From Eledone cirrhosa (Eukaryota): a stretch of 64,000 nucleotides of DNA. How positions within the stretch are numbered: position 1 is the stretch's first letter; each line of letters begins with the position of its first letter. The stretch covers positions 37,758,001 through 37,822,000 of the forward strand of contig OZ024747.1 of NCBI GenBank assembly GCA_964016885.1, read 5' to 3'. The position numbers and the translations under genes are program-made. The notes below the pieces were generated by a model, which was given only the letters and a program-made list of their open reading frames with translations, was not told where the DNA came from and did no database searches. Positions 38,377 through 50,424 of this stretch are shown here, one piece after another.

Positions 38377-39307
38377 ACAGTTGACCATGGTTTTCCCAGA
38401 TGAAGGCCAGCCACTTTTAGGGTTTGACTCTGAACGCTGTTGATGGTAGAGACATTAGTCTCTCTGTTGCTCTAGTAACATTTTTTCTTCTGGAAAATCT
38501 GATCTTGCGGCCAGGCTAGGACTTTTCGGGTGGCATATCGGCAGTAACAATGACGTTAAGCCGTCTATGCTTTCGTGAAATAAATAATTTTGTTTATATT
38601 TTACTTTTGTGTATGCAAAAATATCTGTACACGAATATATAATTATATGTATATATTTAAAAATAACAGATTAAATTTTAAGCAAGGAATCGCTGCTTTC
38701 ACCCTTAACGAGGGCCGAACAAAAACTATTGTATACTCTGAGGCTCTAACAATGTAATTTATGTATTTTCTGTTACTTGGAATTTCCATTAGGTTTGTAC
38801 AAATTATTGTAATGTTTGTTAACAATTGTGTTCTCTGTTCAACCTTTATTGTTGTAACTATCAATTTTCTTTAACGTACTGGCTGAGAAAAGAAACCTAC
38901 AATGAAAGAACGTCTTAAAGTTTACTCAAGTCAAATGTTGTATATATTAACATTTCTATCTGCAGATTCTTAGCAAGCTTACTGGCGCTTTAGTATAGTA
39001 TTCAATTCTCATATCGTTTTTGAATGATATGGTGCATATATCGCAGCTATTCATGTTTTAAACATTAGATAACGATTGCTGATGTATATTGTACGACAGA
39101 ATTAGCTGAAAAATATTTTGAATGAAGAAATAAAAGAGATATATATGGATATATATAATATATATATATAATATATATATATATATAATATATATATATA
39201 ATATATATATATAGTCAATATGTAAATATATATAATATATGATATATATACTGTATATGTAATATATAATATATATATATGTAGTATATATATAATATAT
39301 ATATATG

Positions 39308-39408
<101 letters not shown>

Positions 39409-39527
39409 ATAATATATATATATATATTATATATATATATATGCTATATATAATATATATATACATATATGATATATATAATATAATATATACATATATA
39501 ATATATATAGTTTTAGTATAGAAGAGC

Positions 39528-39572
39528 TTCTACAGGACTAGAACTGTTTCATTCGTGAGAAATCATCAGGAA
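39528..39572 (-). ncRNA. Type-I hammerhead ribozyme as an isolated ~64-bp insertion (39509-39572) in (TA)n
   Basis: The minus strand reads ttc CTGATGA t ttc tcac gaa t GAAA cag ttctagtc ct GTA gaa. Confidence 0.72.
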
Positions 39573-39595
39573 TATATATATATATAATATTATGT

Positions 39596-39929
39596 ACGTC
39601 CACATTTTCAAAATAGTGAGTAAGTTACTCTTGAAATAGTTCTTAATATATAGAGAAAAACATTTTATTGGAATTGTATTTACTAGTATTTGAGAGAAAG
39701 GAAGAGGAATTAGAAAGTGAGAGGACAAACATCTCAGTTTGTCACTCTACTTCCTAACTCTTCTCCTCCTTCCTCTCTCTCTCTCTACTATTCTGTTTGT
39801 CCCCCCACTTTCTAATTCCTCTTCCTCTCTCTCTATACTAGTAAATACAATTTAAAAAAAAATGTTTTTCTCTATATATTAAGAACTATTTCAAGAGTAA
39901 CTTACTCACTATTTTGAAAATTTGGACGT
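39596..39929. repeat. Imperfect inverted repeat with ~135-bp arms
   Basis: 39596-39731 versus 39794-39929. Confidence 0.85.
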
Positions 39930-40082
39930 GAACAACAATTATAATTGAGTGGTTGCTATTTTCAGTATAGCAATATAAGGTTGCACTTACCAATGAAACG
40001 GTCGTAAATACGTGGATAAAATCATTCTCTTAATGCTTACCTCTGTTTTCTCTTTTATACTATATATATATATATATATATA

Positions 40083-40166
<84 letters not shown>

Positions 40167-40172
<6 letters not shown>

Positions 40173-40279
40173 GATTAAAGTTTAAGCAAAGAATCGCTGC
40201 TTTCACACTTAACGGGATCTTCTGAAACTCCCGTTAAGGGTGAAAGCAGTGATTCTTTGCTTAAACTTTAATCTGTTAT
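40167..40279. repeat. Palindrome with 51-bp arms; HHR (A4 variant) on minus at 40180-40228; another fragment at about 38658-38710
   Basis: The minus strand reads gttt CAGAAGA tccc gttaa gtgt GAAA gca gcgattctt tg CTT aaac. Confidence 0.75.
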
Positions 40280-40377
40280 TTTAATAAATATTTGCTCTAC
40301 GGTTCTTATATATTTGATATATATTTATCCTTATCGAGCCCTCTTTGGATTTTAGTCTTCAAATTTATTATTATTAC

Positions 40378-40443
<66 letters not shown>

Positions 40444-40475
40444 AGATCAAAAGATGGTTAAAGGAGTTCCATGTA

Positions 40476-40542
40476 TTTTATTATGCGCATTTCAAAAACA
40501 AACATCATCATGCAATAATATTTGTGTTTTCATCAGATAAAA
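40476..40542 (-). ncRNA. Type-I hammerhead ribozyme (left arm)
   Basis: Reverse complement of 40681-40747. Confidence 0.88.
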
Positions 40543-40680
40543 CAGGAGAACATGATATGAAGGCTAAAAAACACTTGTGGATAGTGCAGTTTTAAATCAA
40601 CATATATGTTGATTTAAAACTGTTGATTTAAAACTGCACTATCCACAAGTGTTTTTTAGCCTTCATATCATGTTCTCCTG

Positions 40681-40747
40681 TTTTATCTGATGAAAACACA
40701 AATATTATTGCATGATGATGTTTGTTTTTGAAATGCGCATAATAAAA
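40681..40747 (+). ncRNA. Type-I hammerhead ribozyme (right arm)
   Basis: ttttat CTGATGA aaac acaaatattat tgcatg atgatgtttgt tttt GAAA tgcgc ATA ataaaa; stem III is the palindrome ATGCGCAT. Confidence 0.88.
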
Positions 40748-40870
40748 TACATGGAACTCCTTTAACCATCTTTTGATCTTATATTATGTATACTCCAGTC
40801 CTACAAACTGTAGAGTGCTTCTTATCCGATATCTGCATTGCTTTATTGTACTACAATAAAACTCACCTCC

Positions 40871-40912
<42 letters not shown>

Positions 40913-41210
40913 ATAATATATATATATATATATTATGTATATATATATATTATATAATATATATAATATTATATAATATATATATATATATTATGTATAT
41001 ATATATTATATAATATATATCATATTATATATATACATATTATATATGTATATATTATATATATTATATAATATATATATACATATATTATATATTATTA
41101 ACACACAACAATCATGTAAAAGGAAAGACACGTAGGTCAATATAGTTAGAGATACACAGACAAACGCATTGTTATAGCTGGAATGTTTTCAACTATAGGT
41201 CTACTCTGAG

Positions 41211-41540
41211 GGTGGTGGATTGGCAGAATTAGTAGAACATTGGATAAAATGTCATTGTGGTATTTGTTCTGGTTCTTTACATTCTGAGTACAAATCCCAC
41301 CGAGGTCAACTTGTTATAAGACATTCAGCATGCTTGATAGGCAGTATCGGCAGAGGATCAGACAAAATGCTTCATGGTATCTAGTTACATTCTGCATTCG
41401 GAGTTAAAACCAAGGTCAACGTTGCCTTTCATCCTTCCAAGGATGATAAAATAAAGTACCACTCAAATACTGGGGTTGACTTAATTAACTTGACTGTTCC
41501 CACTAATTTTGCTGGCCTTGTTTCTAAATTAGAACTCAAT
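41211..41540 (+). mobile_element. Two tandem tRNA-derived SINE copies (octopus-like family)
   Basis: A-box-like tggcagaattag, B-box-like gagtacaaatccc and the body gaggtcaac..tgcctttcatcc..gataaaataaagtacc. Confidence 0.75.
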
Positions 41541-42202
41541 ACCTATGCTTATGTGAGACTAAACAACAACAACTCACTGCACTGGGAGTTTTATATAATG
41601 AATTAGTAAAATAAACAATTACTTTAAAATATTGGGCCTCTGTGTCTCATAAAAGCAAAACAACAACAACCATAGTAACAAAAAACATCATGTAAATTCA
41701 AGAGGGTTCTTGAATCGGTCTTTCGTTGGTCGATGGTCAATAAGTATAGAAAGAGACATGCATCAGCAGCTATGTAACGGTGTCCGAACATTATCATAAA
41801 TAAACACGTAGAAATGGGTATAAATCAATAACTGAGAATCAGTAGCTATGCATGACTTGTGTTGGTTTAGAACTGTTGATTTATTATTCATAGACAAGAT
41901 AAAATGATTTTTGTGAAATTAATCAGAATAATAGATTTGTACAAGAAGCTACATGAAACATCATTCTAATCTATTACTATAGAATGTTGTTGAGATTCAA
42001 ATTCACGGTACATAAGTTTAATAAATAGAAGCTGAGTACATTGATAAAGGTTTTTGGTTTTGTTGGACGGACATTTTCTTGAGTTAATAGGGTGTCAGTG
42101 GAAGGTTGAACGGTGCAAGGTAACGTATCACCAGTTATTGTATCCAGAGCCAAATATACAAGACTGTAACCGCATGAGTTGTTACAGCAAATTAATATAA
42201 TA

Positions 42203-42402
42203 AGTAGGGAAAAACCAACCGGCAGGAAGCCCAAGGGTAGACCCCGAGCAAGATGGTTGGATAACATGCATGAGCTTGGCTGGTCTCACTTGGGTATTCA
42301 GCCGGATCAGTTGGAGATGGTTGTCTCTGAGAGGAACCACTGGAAGGAGTGTTTGAGGACTCTGCGCCCTCGACCCTCTCATCAATAAGTGGACGAAGAA
42401 GA
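42203..42402 (+). mobile_element. 3' terminal fragment of an RTE-clade LINE (different family)
   Basis: PTGRKPKGRPRARWLD...ERNHW...LRPRP* followed by a gaagaaga tail. Confidence 0.75.
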
Positions 42403-43212
42403 GATGTACAAACGCTTCAGAATTATTTAGTTATGAACAAAATGTTCTTCTTTTATTAAATTTATTAAACAAAAATTATACAATGATGAAAATATAAAAA
42501 AAAGATAAAAACAAAATTAAGAAATGAACAAAATAAGGAAAAAAAAAGAGGAAGGGGTAAAGATTAGATCTGGCTGCAGAGGAAAGTAAAGTAAAGGACT
42601 ATATTAAAATAGTTTGTAATATAGAGTTTAAGTCTTTTGTTTGTCACAGAGAAAGCAACGGAAATTTACTTTACCACTGAGTCAAATATCAGATCATTGT
42701 TTTGTTCAACGTGTAACAGGTTTAATTTTGGGAGAGGTGTGATATCTGTTGTTACGCCAATCTCATTAAGTCATGTAATACACTTCCGTATGTTTTAGTT
42801 ATACACCACCAATATTACAAGAACGACGATGATTACGTCTATGAATGTTCGTTAAACAAGTAACACCCAACACCAATATTGCTGTTATATAACGGAGTTG
42901 ACATTTTTGCATTTTTATGCTATCAATAAAATAAATATCAAGCAATTAGCCGGGTCGATTGAGTTGGTATCTCATTTCTCGCTATCCTTCTCTGCCTCTG
43001 TCCCTTTCTTTCTTTCTCTCTCCCACCATCTCTCTTTCTCTTTCTATCTTACCAATTGTGTGAAAAGCTAAATATATGTCAACACTGTTTCCATTAAAAA
43101 GTGTAATAAAGATTACCTCTTCCTACATTCCTTCTGAAATTCTAAATACAAATTTGTTGATAATAACTTTGTTAATAATATTAACTTGTTAATAATATCA
43201 ACTTTGACAAAG

Positions 43213-44560
43213 GGCGGTGGATTGGCAGAATTACTAGACCGTCGTATGATATGCGATTTTGGCATTTGTTCTGGCTCTTTACGTTCTGAGTTGAAAGTCC
43301 ACAGTGGTCACTTTTGCCTTTCATCCTCCCGGAGTCGATAAAATAAAGTACCAGTCATATACTCTTTCCTTCAAATTTACTGGCTATGTTTCTAAATTAG
43401 AAATCAAGACTAACTTCTTTGAAAAAAGATCACAGCCTTTAAATGAGGCTTGGTGATAAATAAATTCATCCCAGGCCTTATTTTTTGCAAATCAACATTG
43501 GCCTTTTTTCCGAATTCAGAACATAAAGGGACCTAACTAAATATCACAAGGAATTTACTCGAGGACATTTCTGTTTCTGTAACTTTGTGTTTGATTGAAA
43601 TTTTCCAAAATATTTAAAGGGAGATAAGAGAGGAAATTGTTAATTTGAATTTAATTTACTCTTGAGATACAAGAAAAGGATGGTGCCCTAGGGCCAATTT
43701 ATGGTCTCCGACATTGGCGGGAGGAAATAAAGTATTCACAAACTATAGATCTGAACTATACTGAAGGCATTGAGGGCCAGTGAATTGTTTAACTGAGCGA
43801 TGAATTAAATCTGTTACGCATACAGGCCACAGCACAGCAATATTTGAACTCAGAAGGCAAAATTGACTCAGTCAGTTCAGCGTCCTAAAATTGATACTTT
43901 ATTTTTCGACCAAGGATAGAAGAAAGCAAAGTTGACCTCTAGGAGATTTGAACTCGAAATGCAAGAACCCGGAATAAAAGCTGCTAGGCATTTTGTCCGA
44001 CGTTCTAATGCTTCTTCAATAAAACATTAATGACATATGTGAGATGAAATAGAAACTAGATCAGGAATTGTATGTAGTGCATATATCTCACTGCTCTATG
44101 ATGCTCCTATTTAGGCACATAGCCAGACATTTGAGGGAGTGGGGAGTCAATCAAATCAACTCCAGTATGTTACTAGTACTTTATTTTATCGACTCCTAAA
44201 GAATGAAAGGTAAAGATTACTTTGGCTCGATTTGAACTCAGAACATAAAGAGCCGAAACTCTATGCCGCGAAGCATGGTGTGCGAAGCTCTATCAATATT
44301 GCCATTCCACCACCCTAATAATAATAAAAATAATAATAATAATAATTGTTTCTACTGTTGGCACAAGGCCAGCATTACCCAGTGCATTACTGGTACTTTA
44401 TTTTATCGACCCCGTAAGGATGAAAGGCAAAATTAACCTCGGCGGGATTTGAGGTTAAATTTGCCTTTCATTCTTTCGGAGTCGATAAAATAAAGTATTA
44501 GTAACATACTGGAGTTGATTTGATTGACTCCCACTCTCCCAAATTGCTGGCTATGTGCCT
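43213..44560. mobile_element. SINE cluster: about 43213-43405 (+), 43880-44010 (-), 44118-44316 (-), 44345-44455 (-) and 44451-44560 (+)
   Basis: Repeated gtcgataaaataaagtaccagt / ttgcctttcatcc core in both orientations. Confidence 0.8.
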
Positions 44561-44578
44561 AATAATAATAATAATAAT

Positions 44579-47500
44579 GGATTATTTATTGGCCACAAGG
44601 GCTAAGATGAAGAAACACATTAGAGACGGCACAGAACAGTACAGGACGATGCAAAGTGGGTTTTGGTTGTGCAAACAGGTTATAACAAAATCGGGCTAGA
44701 AATAAAAAAAATTCCACAAAAGGGGGAACCTCCGAGGGTCACTAGTGGCGAAAACGACACAAAAGACCAGGGCCACCCTGACCACCAGGGCAGCGCCTCT
44801 CTCAGTTTTCCCACTCCTCAGTCTACAGGCGCATACTCAGAGCAGGCCCGTTCACTTGGACCAGACTCGCCACTTTCAGCCACCTTTCAACAAACTTACT
44901 AGAAGACAGCACTTGCCTCTCTACCCTGATTTTCCTCTTCAAGTGAAACTTGAAAAAGTTAATCAGGGATTGGCCGGAGAGGAAAGTGTCCGTCTTCAGC
45001 CCTTTCAGCCTTGTCCACCACACAATCTCTTTCGCCATGGCCACCAGGCAGGTGAAAAGTGCCTGCCCTTCCTCCTCTTTAAAGGAGGATGGCGGGGCTA
45101 TCTGCACAATGGACTCAGTCGATAACGGGATCCGTCCTACACGCGACAGCAGCTGTTCGACATAGCTGCACAAGTCAGCAATCCTCGGGCACTGAACGAG
45201 TGCGTGTAGGACGGTTTCGTCGCCCGCGCGCATCTCGGATAGGCTCGGCTGACAGCACCACCGTACCTGTAGAGCTTATCCCGAACCGGCAACGCTCCCC
45301 GGTAGCACTGCCAGGCCAGGGATTTCTGGATGTTGTCTGAAAGTTCTCTTGAAGAGGGCAAACAGCTGATCGTCTTCGACGCCCAGGGTCTCCCCGAGAA
45401 CGTCATCGCTCTTTCCCTCGAGTAGCCCTCTATAGAACGCCGTGGGGATGTTCTACCGATACTAGTCCAAGCTGGTAGAGGGCGGTGAGCGCTTGGAGAC
45501 ATTCCACCTTCCAAGCGCTATCCATCGGTCTTTTCCTTATTCAGGACTGCGGCTCCGTCAAGGAGATGAGCTGGGGAAAAGCGCGTCTGGCAAACGGCGA
45601 ACACACCTGTTAACCGTCAAGGAAGCACCAGAGATGTGACAGCCTCAGCGCATGTTTGCGCATCATCAGCCACGGCATGCCTAGTCCTCCACGTAACGGG
45701 TGTTGACAGCAAATGGATCGTCTGACCATGGAAGCACGTCCCTTCCACAAAAAGCGGAAGAGAAGGCGCTCTATTTTGGTCAGAGTTGGGCGGAGGCAAG
45801 GTACGATGGTCAGGCGGTAGCAGATGACGGACGCTATGTACGCATTCGCCACCTCCGCCCGACCTTTCAGAGACAGCCTCTTCTCGTCACCTCGCTCCAG
45901 TCTTTCTCCATCTGGAGGACAGGACCGAACCAGAGGCCCGAGCAATTTAACCGGTCCTTCCGTCCAGCGCCCCACGACGCTGTTGGACTGCATGGACTTG
46001 CCTCTCCAGGTGCCGAGCTGCAAGCCCACCGACTTTTCCTGGTTTATCTTTGCACCTGTCACCACTTCGTATTCCTTGAGAGCAGTGCCGAGCAGCTGGA
46101 CGTGTTTGGTGCTGGACACCACCACGGTGACGTCGTCGTCGTAAGCTGACACGGATCTCCCGCATCCCAGTTCCCGTGGGACCCCCCGCATCGTCTCCAA
46201 TTTGTGCAGTAACGGCTTGAGGGCCAGTACGTAGAAGAGGGACCAGAGGGGAAACCCTGGCGGACTGAGCGCATGATGCTGAAAGGCTGCGACAGGTGAC
46301 CATTCACCGTCACAACTGAGCAGATGTCACCTCGAGGACGGCAGCCAGGTACCGATGGTCGACCCTATCAAATGCTTTAGATTGATCCAAGTTGATCAGG
46401 GCCCCACCCGTGCCAGGTTCCTTAACCACCCTCTTTATGATGTATCGCATGAGATGGAGGTTGTCGTGGATGGATCTGTCCGGAATGGCGCATGTCTGCA
46501 CCTCTCCCACCAGATCACCGACGACAAGCGCAAATCTCTTTGCTAACACCTTGGCTAAAATCTTAAACTCTGCGTTTAGCAGAATTATGGCCTAAAGTTG
46601 TCTATAACGTCCCAATTGTTAAGGTCTTTTCTCAGCAGCATCACCGCTCCCCGGCTTACAAAACTGGGAATGCTCCCGTTCTGCTGCCAGTTGCAGTAGA
46701 CATCTGCCAAGAGGTCGCCGAACAAGTCTGGCATATACGCATAAAGTTCGTAGGGCCGACCATCCAAACCTGGCGATTTACCCCTCGTGCAGTCTGACAT
46801 CGCTTCCCGTATTTCACCTGCTGTTATCGGCTTTTCGCAGCACTGCACTGCGGTCGCCGAGAGCCGTGGCAGTCCGTCGATGTATGCACCGAAGTCCATA
46901 CTCCAATGCGACCCGCCTCCGCTCCCGAACAATTGAGCAAAGTGCTGTTGAAAAGCCGCACACATTTGCTCGGGTTCGAGCAACATGCACCCGTTTTGAT
47001 CAGGCAACGATTGAATTGTGGCTTTGTTGCCACGTCGTGTCGCCACCAGCCGGGCCCATTGAACGGCATTCGTCCCCTCGTGTCTCAGAGCACGCACTCT
47101 AGCTCTGACAACGCAGCCTTCATGCATTGCGTTGAAGAATTGGCCGCAAGCACGTCGGTTGCGATGCCTGACCTAAACGCCTCTTTTAGCTTTCTAACTA
47201 GCTCTCTCTCTCTCTACTATATTTTCCTCTATCACGAGTTGTTTGCTAAACCTTATCGATTCTACTCTAATTGCCGTTTTCAGGGTAAACCACCACCTGT
47301 TGTTGACGATCGCACCCGTCAAGGCACGCTTAACCAATTCGCTAATCCGGTCTCTGTAAGTTTTGCGCGCCGGGAACAACGCTTTCAGCTTCCAGTAGCC
47401 GGGCCCTTGTCTATGGAGTCTATCTAAGTCAACCTCACAAGTCACGAATTTGTGGTCCGTGTAGTAGAATACTTTAAATTGTGGACAACGTACACTAGCC

Positions 47501-49480
47501 TTATCTGTTTCTCTACAGAATACCATATCTAAATACAATCTGGATGACCCGATGTGGTTTGCCCATGTCCACATTGGCACATTCGGATAATCCAGTCTAT
47601 ACCTGTCAGACAGTTTAAAACGTCTGAACAGGTTGTTGAGTTTTTTACACCTCCCCCCCCCCCCCCCCCTCTCCCGGATGGCTGGGAGATGCGTATATAT
47701 CATAGCCTCCGAAGATCGGTGCGAAGGCTCGTACTTCAGAGATTCTGGTCTCGCTGATGGCCACCACATCTATGTTTAGTGACCTGAAGTCGTTGAGCAG
47801 GTGACCCTGCTTCCAAGATGATCCCAGGCCACGTACAGTTACACTGCCTATTCTAAGTACGGCCATGCTGGGTGAGGAACGGGATAAGTGAGAAAGGATC
47901 ACTTACCTTGATCGTGTGGGGAAAGGGACAGTCGAACCGTCCCTTCGGCTGGTCATGGATGTCTCAAAGTTGATATCTATGTACATTCTCTTGGAAGGAG
48001 GGGGACCTTCGCCTTTGTTATCTTCTTTGGGCAGAAGGCATTAAGGTGAGACTTGGACCACAGTTGAAGCACTTTGGGCGCCTTCCTTCCACAGATATGG
48101 GAAGTTGGGAGCCATTCCCGAGGTCTATTACGTCGAGAATGGCGCTGATGCAGTCCTGGTCGGTGTGGATGAGCATTTTCATTCCAATACCGGACCAGCC
48201 CTCTCTCCCCAACTTCTGTACCTGCAGAATGGTTGTTTTATCATCGATGCCTGCAAGGAGAGACACGACCAGCCAAGGCACGGGTACGTAGGGCGGGACC
48301 TGTTTCCCCCTGATCTTTGTAATTTTGTTCCCGCAGTAAAACGGGACTAATGTTATGTCATCACTTCGTAGGGTCTTCAGTGAGTGCGATTTTGCTTCCT
48401 GGGTGGTAGCAAAACGAAAATCCACGGTAGCATACTTCTTGCCTCGGGTGATGTGGGTTTTTCCGTGCCAACACAGTTCCTAAGGCCTTCTGGATTTGGG
48501 CCTCCGTGGCTCACCCCACACGACACAATTTCGTGGCAATCGTGCGGTATGACACTGTACGTCGCTCTTGTCCCCCAGGAAGTCGGTTAGTGGTTTCAAG
48601 GACACTGAAAATTTAGTTCTAGTTACCATGTGTCTTCCGACCCCCATCTCCTCCTCTGTGACCAGGACTGTTTATACGTTACGAGCTACCTTAGCAAAAG
48701 AGATATTCCCTTTTTCAGTGACATCATTCTTGCCGCCGCTACTGCTGCTACTGGTCTTGTTGTTGGTGCTATTGCTGTTGCTACTGCTACAAATGTTGTG
48801 GTTGGTGTTGTTGCTGTGATCACTGTTGCAATTGGTTGTGTTTTTGGTGCCGCCGTTGTTGTTGTTTTCAGTGCAGTTTGTAATGTTGCTGTTGGTGTGG
48901 TCGCTATTTATTTTCTTGTTAGTGGTGTTAATATCGTTGTTGTATTTGTTGTCAATATTTCTGTCTAGAGGTTAACTTTGCCTTTCATCCTAACGGGGTC
49001 GATAAAATAAAGTACCAGTAACACACTGGGTAAATTGCTGGCCTTGTGCCAAAAAGTAGAAACAATTATTTCCGTTGTCTGTATTTTGGTTGTCGTTGTT
49101 ACTGGTGTGGCTGGTGCAGTCATTTTTTAAAACGTTAGCGTTCTCAGTGTTGTTGTTATTGTTGTCTTTGCTCACGTTGTTGTGGTGGTGTTTGTTGCAT
49201 CAATTTCTGTAACTCTCCTGTCAACGCTTACGCCGCTGTCACACGACAGCAGACATATCGCTGGGGGGGGGGGGGGGGGGGCGTGGATCAGCCATGTCTT
49301 TTTGATAATTTTTAAATATAAAAAGTTCAAATAATTGGGTCAAAAGGCCCCAATATTATACTTCCTCCTTTACAGGGGAAAGTCCAAGGGCTTACACGAC
49401 AACAACAATTTACAATGAACGATTTATAAACGGTAAATAAAGAGACTTACGGGAGCGAGCAAAAACACGTCCGATCACAC
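44579..49480 (-). mobile_element. Tx1/L1-like LINE copy 1, apparently full-length and degenerate; ORF1 about 49295-48018, ORF2 47866-44823; SINE inserted at about 48968-49070
   Basis: APE (RIGSVTVRGL, ISETR, TDHK, GPGYWKL), RT (KSPGLDG, LDQSKAFDRVDH, SVRQG, SAYDDD) and a C-terminal Zn-finger region (ETVLHALVQC). ORF1 has RRPKCFNCG. Both flanks are (TAA)n. Confidence 0.9.
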
Positions 49481-49525
<45 letters not shown>

Positions 49526-49526
49526 T

Positions 49527-49717
49527 AATTGTTTCTACTCTTGGCACAAGGCCAGCAATTACTCAGTGCATTACTGGTACTTTATTTTATCGACCCCGTA
49601 AGGATGAAAGGCAAAGTTAACCTCGGCAGGATTTGAACTCAGATCAGAAAGGGGCGTAACTCTGTGCTACAAAGCATATTGTCCGACCCTCTACCGATAC
49701 TGCCAAACCACCACCCT
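49527..49717 (-). mobile_element. Full-length tRNA-derived SINE with an (ATT)n tail
   Basis: The minus strand has A box TGGCAGTATCGG, B box GTTCAAATCC, the family core and a tail at 49481-49527. Confidence 0.85.
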
Positions 49718-49735
49718 TATAATATTAATAATAAT

Positions 49736-50360
49736 CTGTGGCTCACATTGTATCCGAGTGTAAACACCTAGCCCAGACTCACTATAAGGGCTGGAGACAT
49801 GATGTGATGGGCAAGGTGATCCACTAGCATCTATGCAAAGTAAACAATTTACCACATTCTGAGAAGTGGTATGAGCATAAGCCAGAGTCGGTGATAGAAA
49901 ACGATCAGGTGAAGATGCTGTGGGATTTTAGGATACAGACGGACAAGAAATTAGAATACAATAGACCTGACCTGGTGGTTGTGGACAAGGAAAAAAGATC
50001 GTGCCTGATTGAGGATGTGGCCTGCCCATTTGACACGAGAGTGCAAGAAAAGGAGAGGGAGAAAATTAACCGATACCAGGGATTAAAGTGGGGGTTAAAA
50101 ATGATTTGGAACTGCCATGAAGTCAAGGTCGTCCCGATTGTCATAGGCGCTCTAGGTACTATCTGAAAGAGTTTCGAAGGATGGTTAAAGAAGATTAGTC
50201 CAGTCCCGCTTTTTGGAACACTTCAAAAGGCATGCTTGCTGGGAACAGCAAGAACACTCCGATACGTCCTGAATATCTGAGGCTGCAGGTAGCGGCTTGA
50301 TATTCATTTCAACAAACTTTCCAGTTAAATAACATCAATGACTGAGACTCAAAGAACAAT
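49736..50360 (+). mobile_element. 3' fragment of an R4/Dong-like RLE LINE
   Basis: Near copy of about 61147-61770, with RHD, LWDFRIQTD, RPDLVV, DVACP and PIVIGALG, and a (TAA)n tail. Confidence 0.9.
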
Positions 50361-50424
50361 AATAATAATAATTGTTTCCACTTTTGGCACAAGGCCATCA
50401 ATAATAATAATAATCATAATAATA

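Larger units (their letters stand above)
40436..40787. repeat. Palindrome with 167-bp arms that appear identical
   Basis: Arms are 40436-40602 and 40621-40787. The 18-nt spacer re-duplicates tgttgatttaaaac. Confidence 0.92.

Noticed and set aside
39950-40010. GAAACGGTCGTA, resembling HHR stem III
   Set aside because: No recognisable CUGANGA box upstream.
49640-49717. tRNA-like A and B boxes
   Set aside because: Head of a multicopy SINE; I found no cloverleaf.
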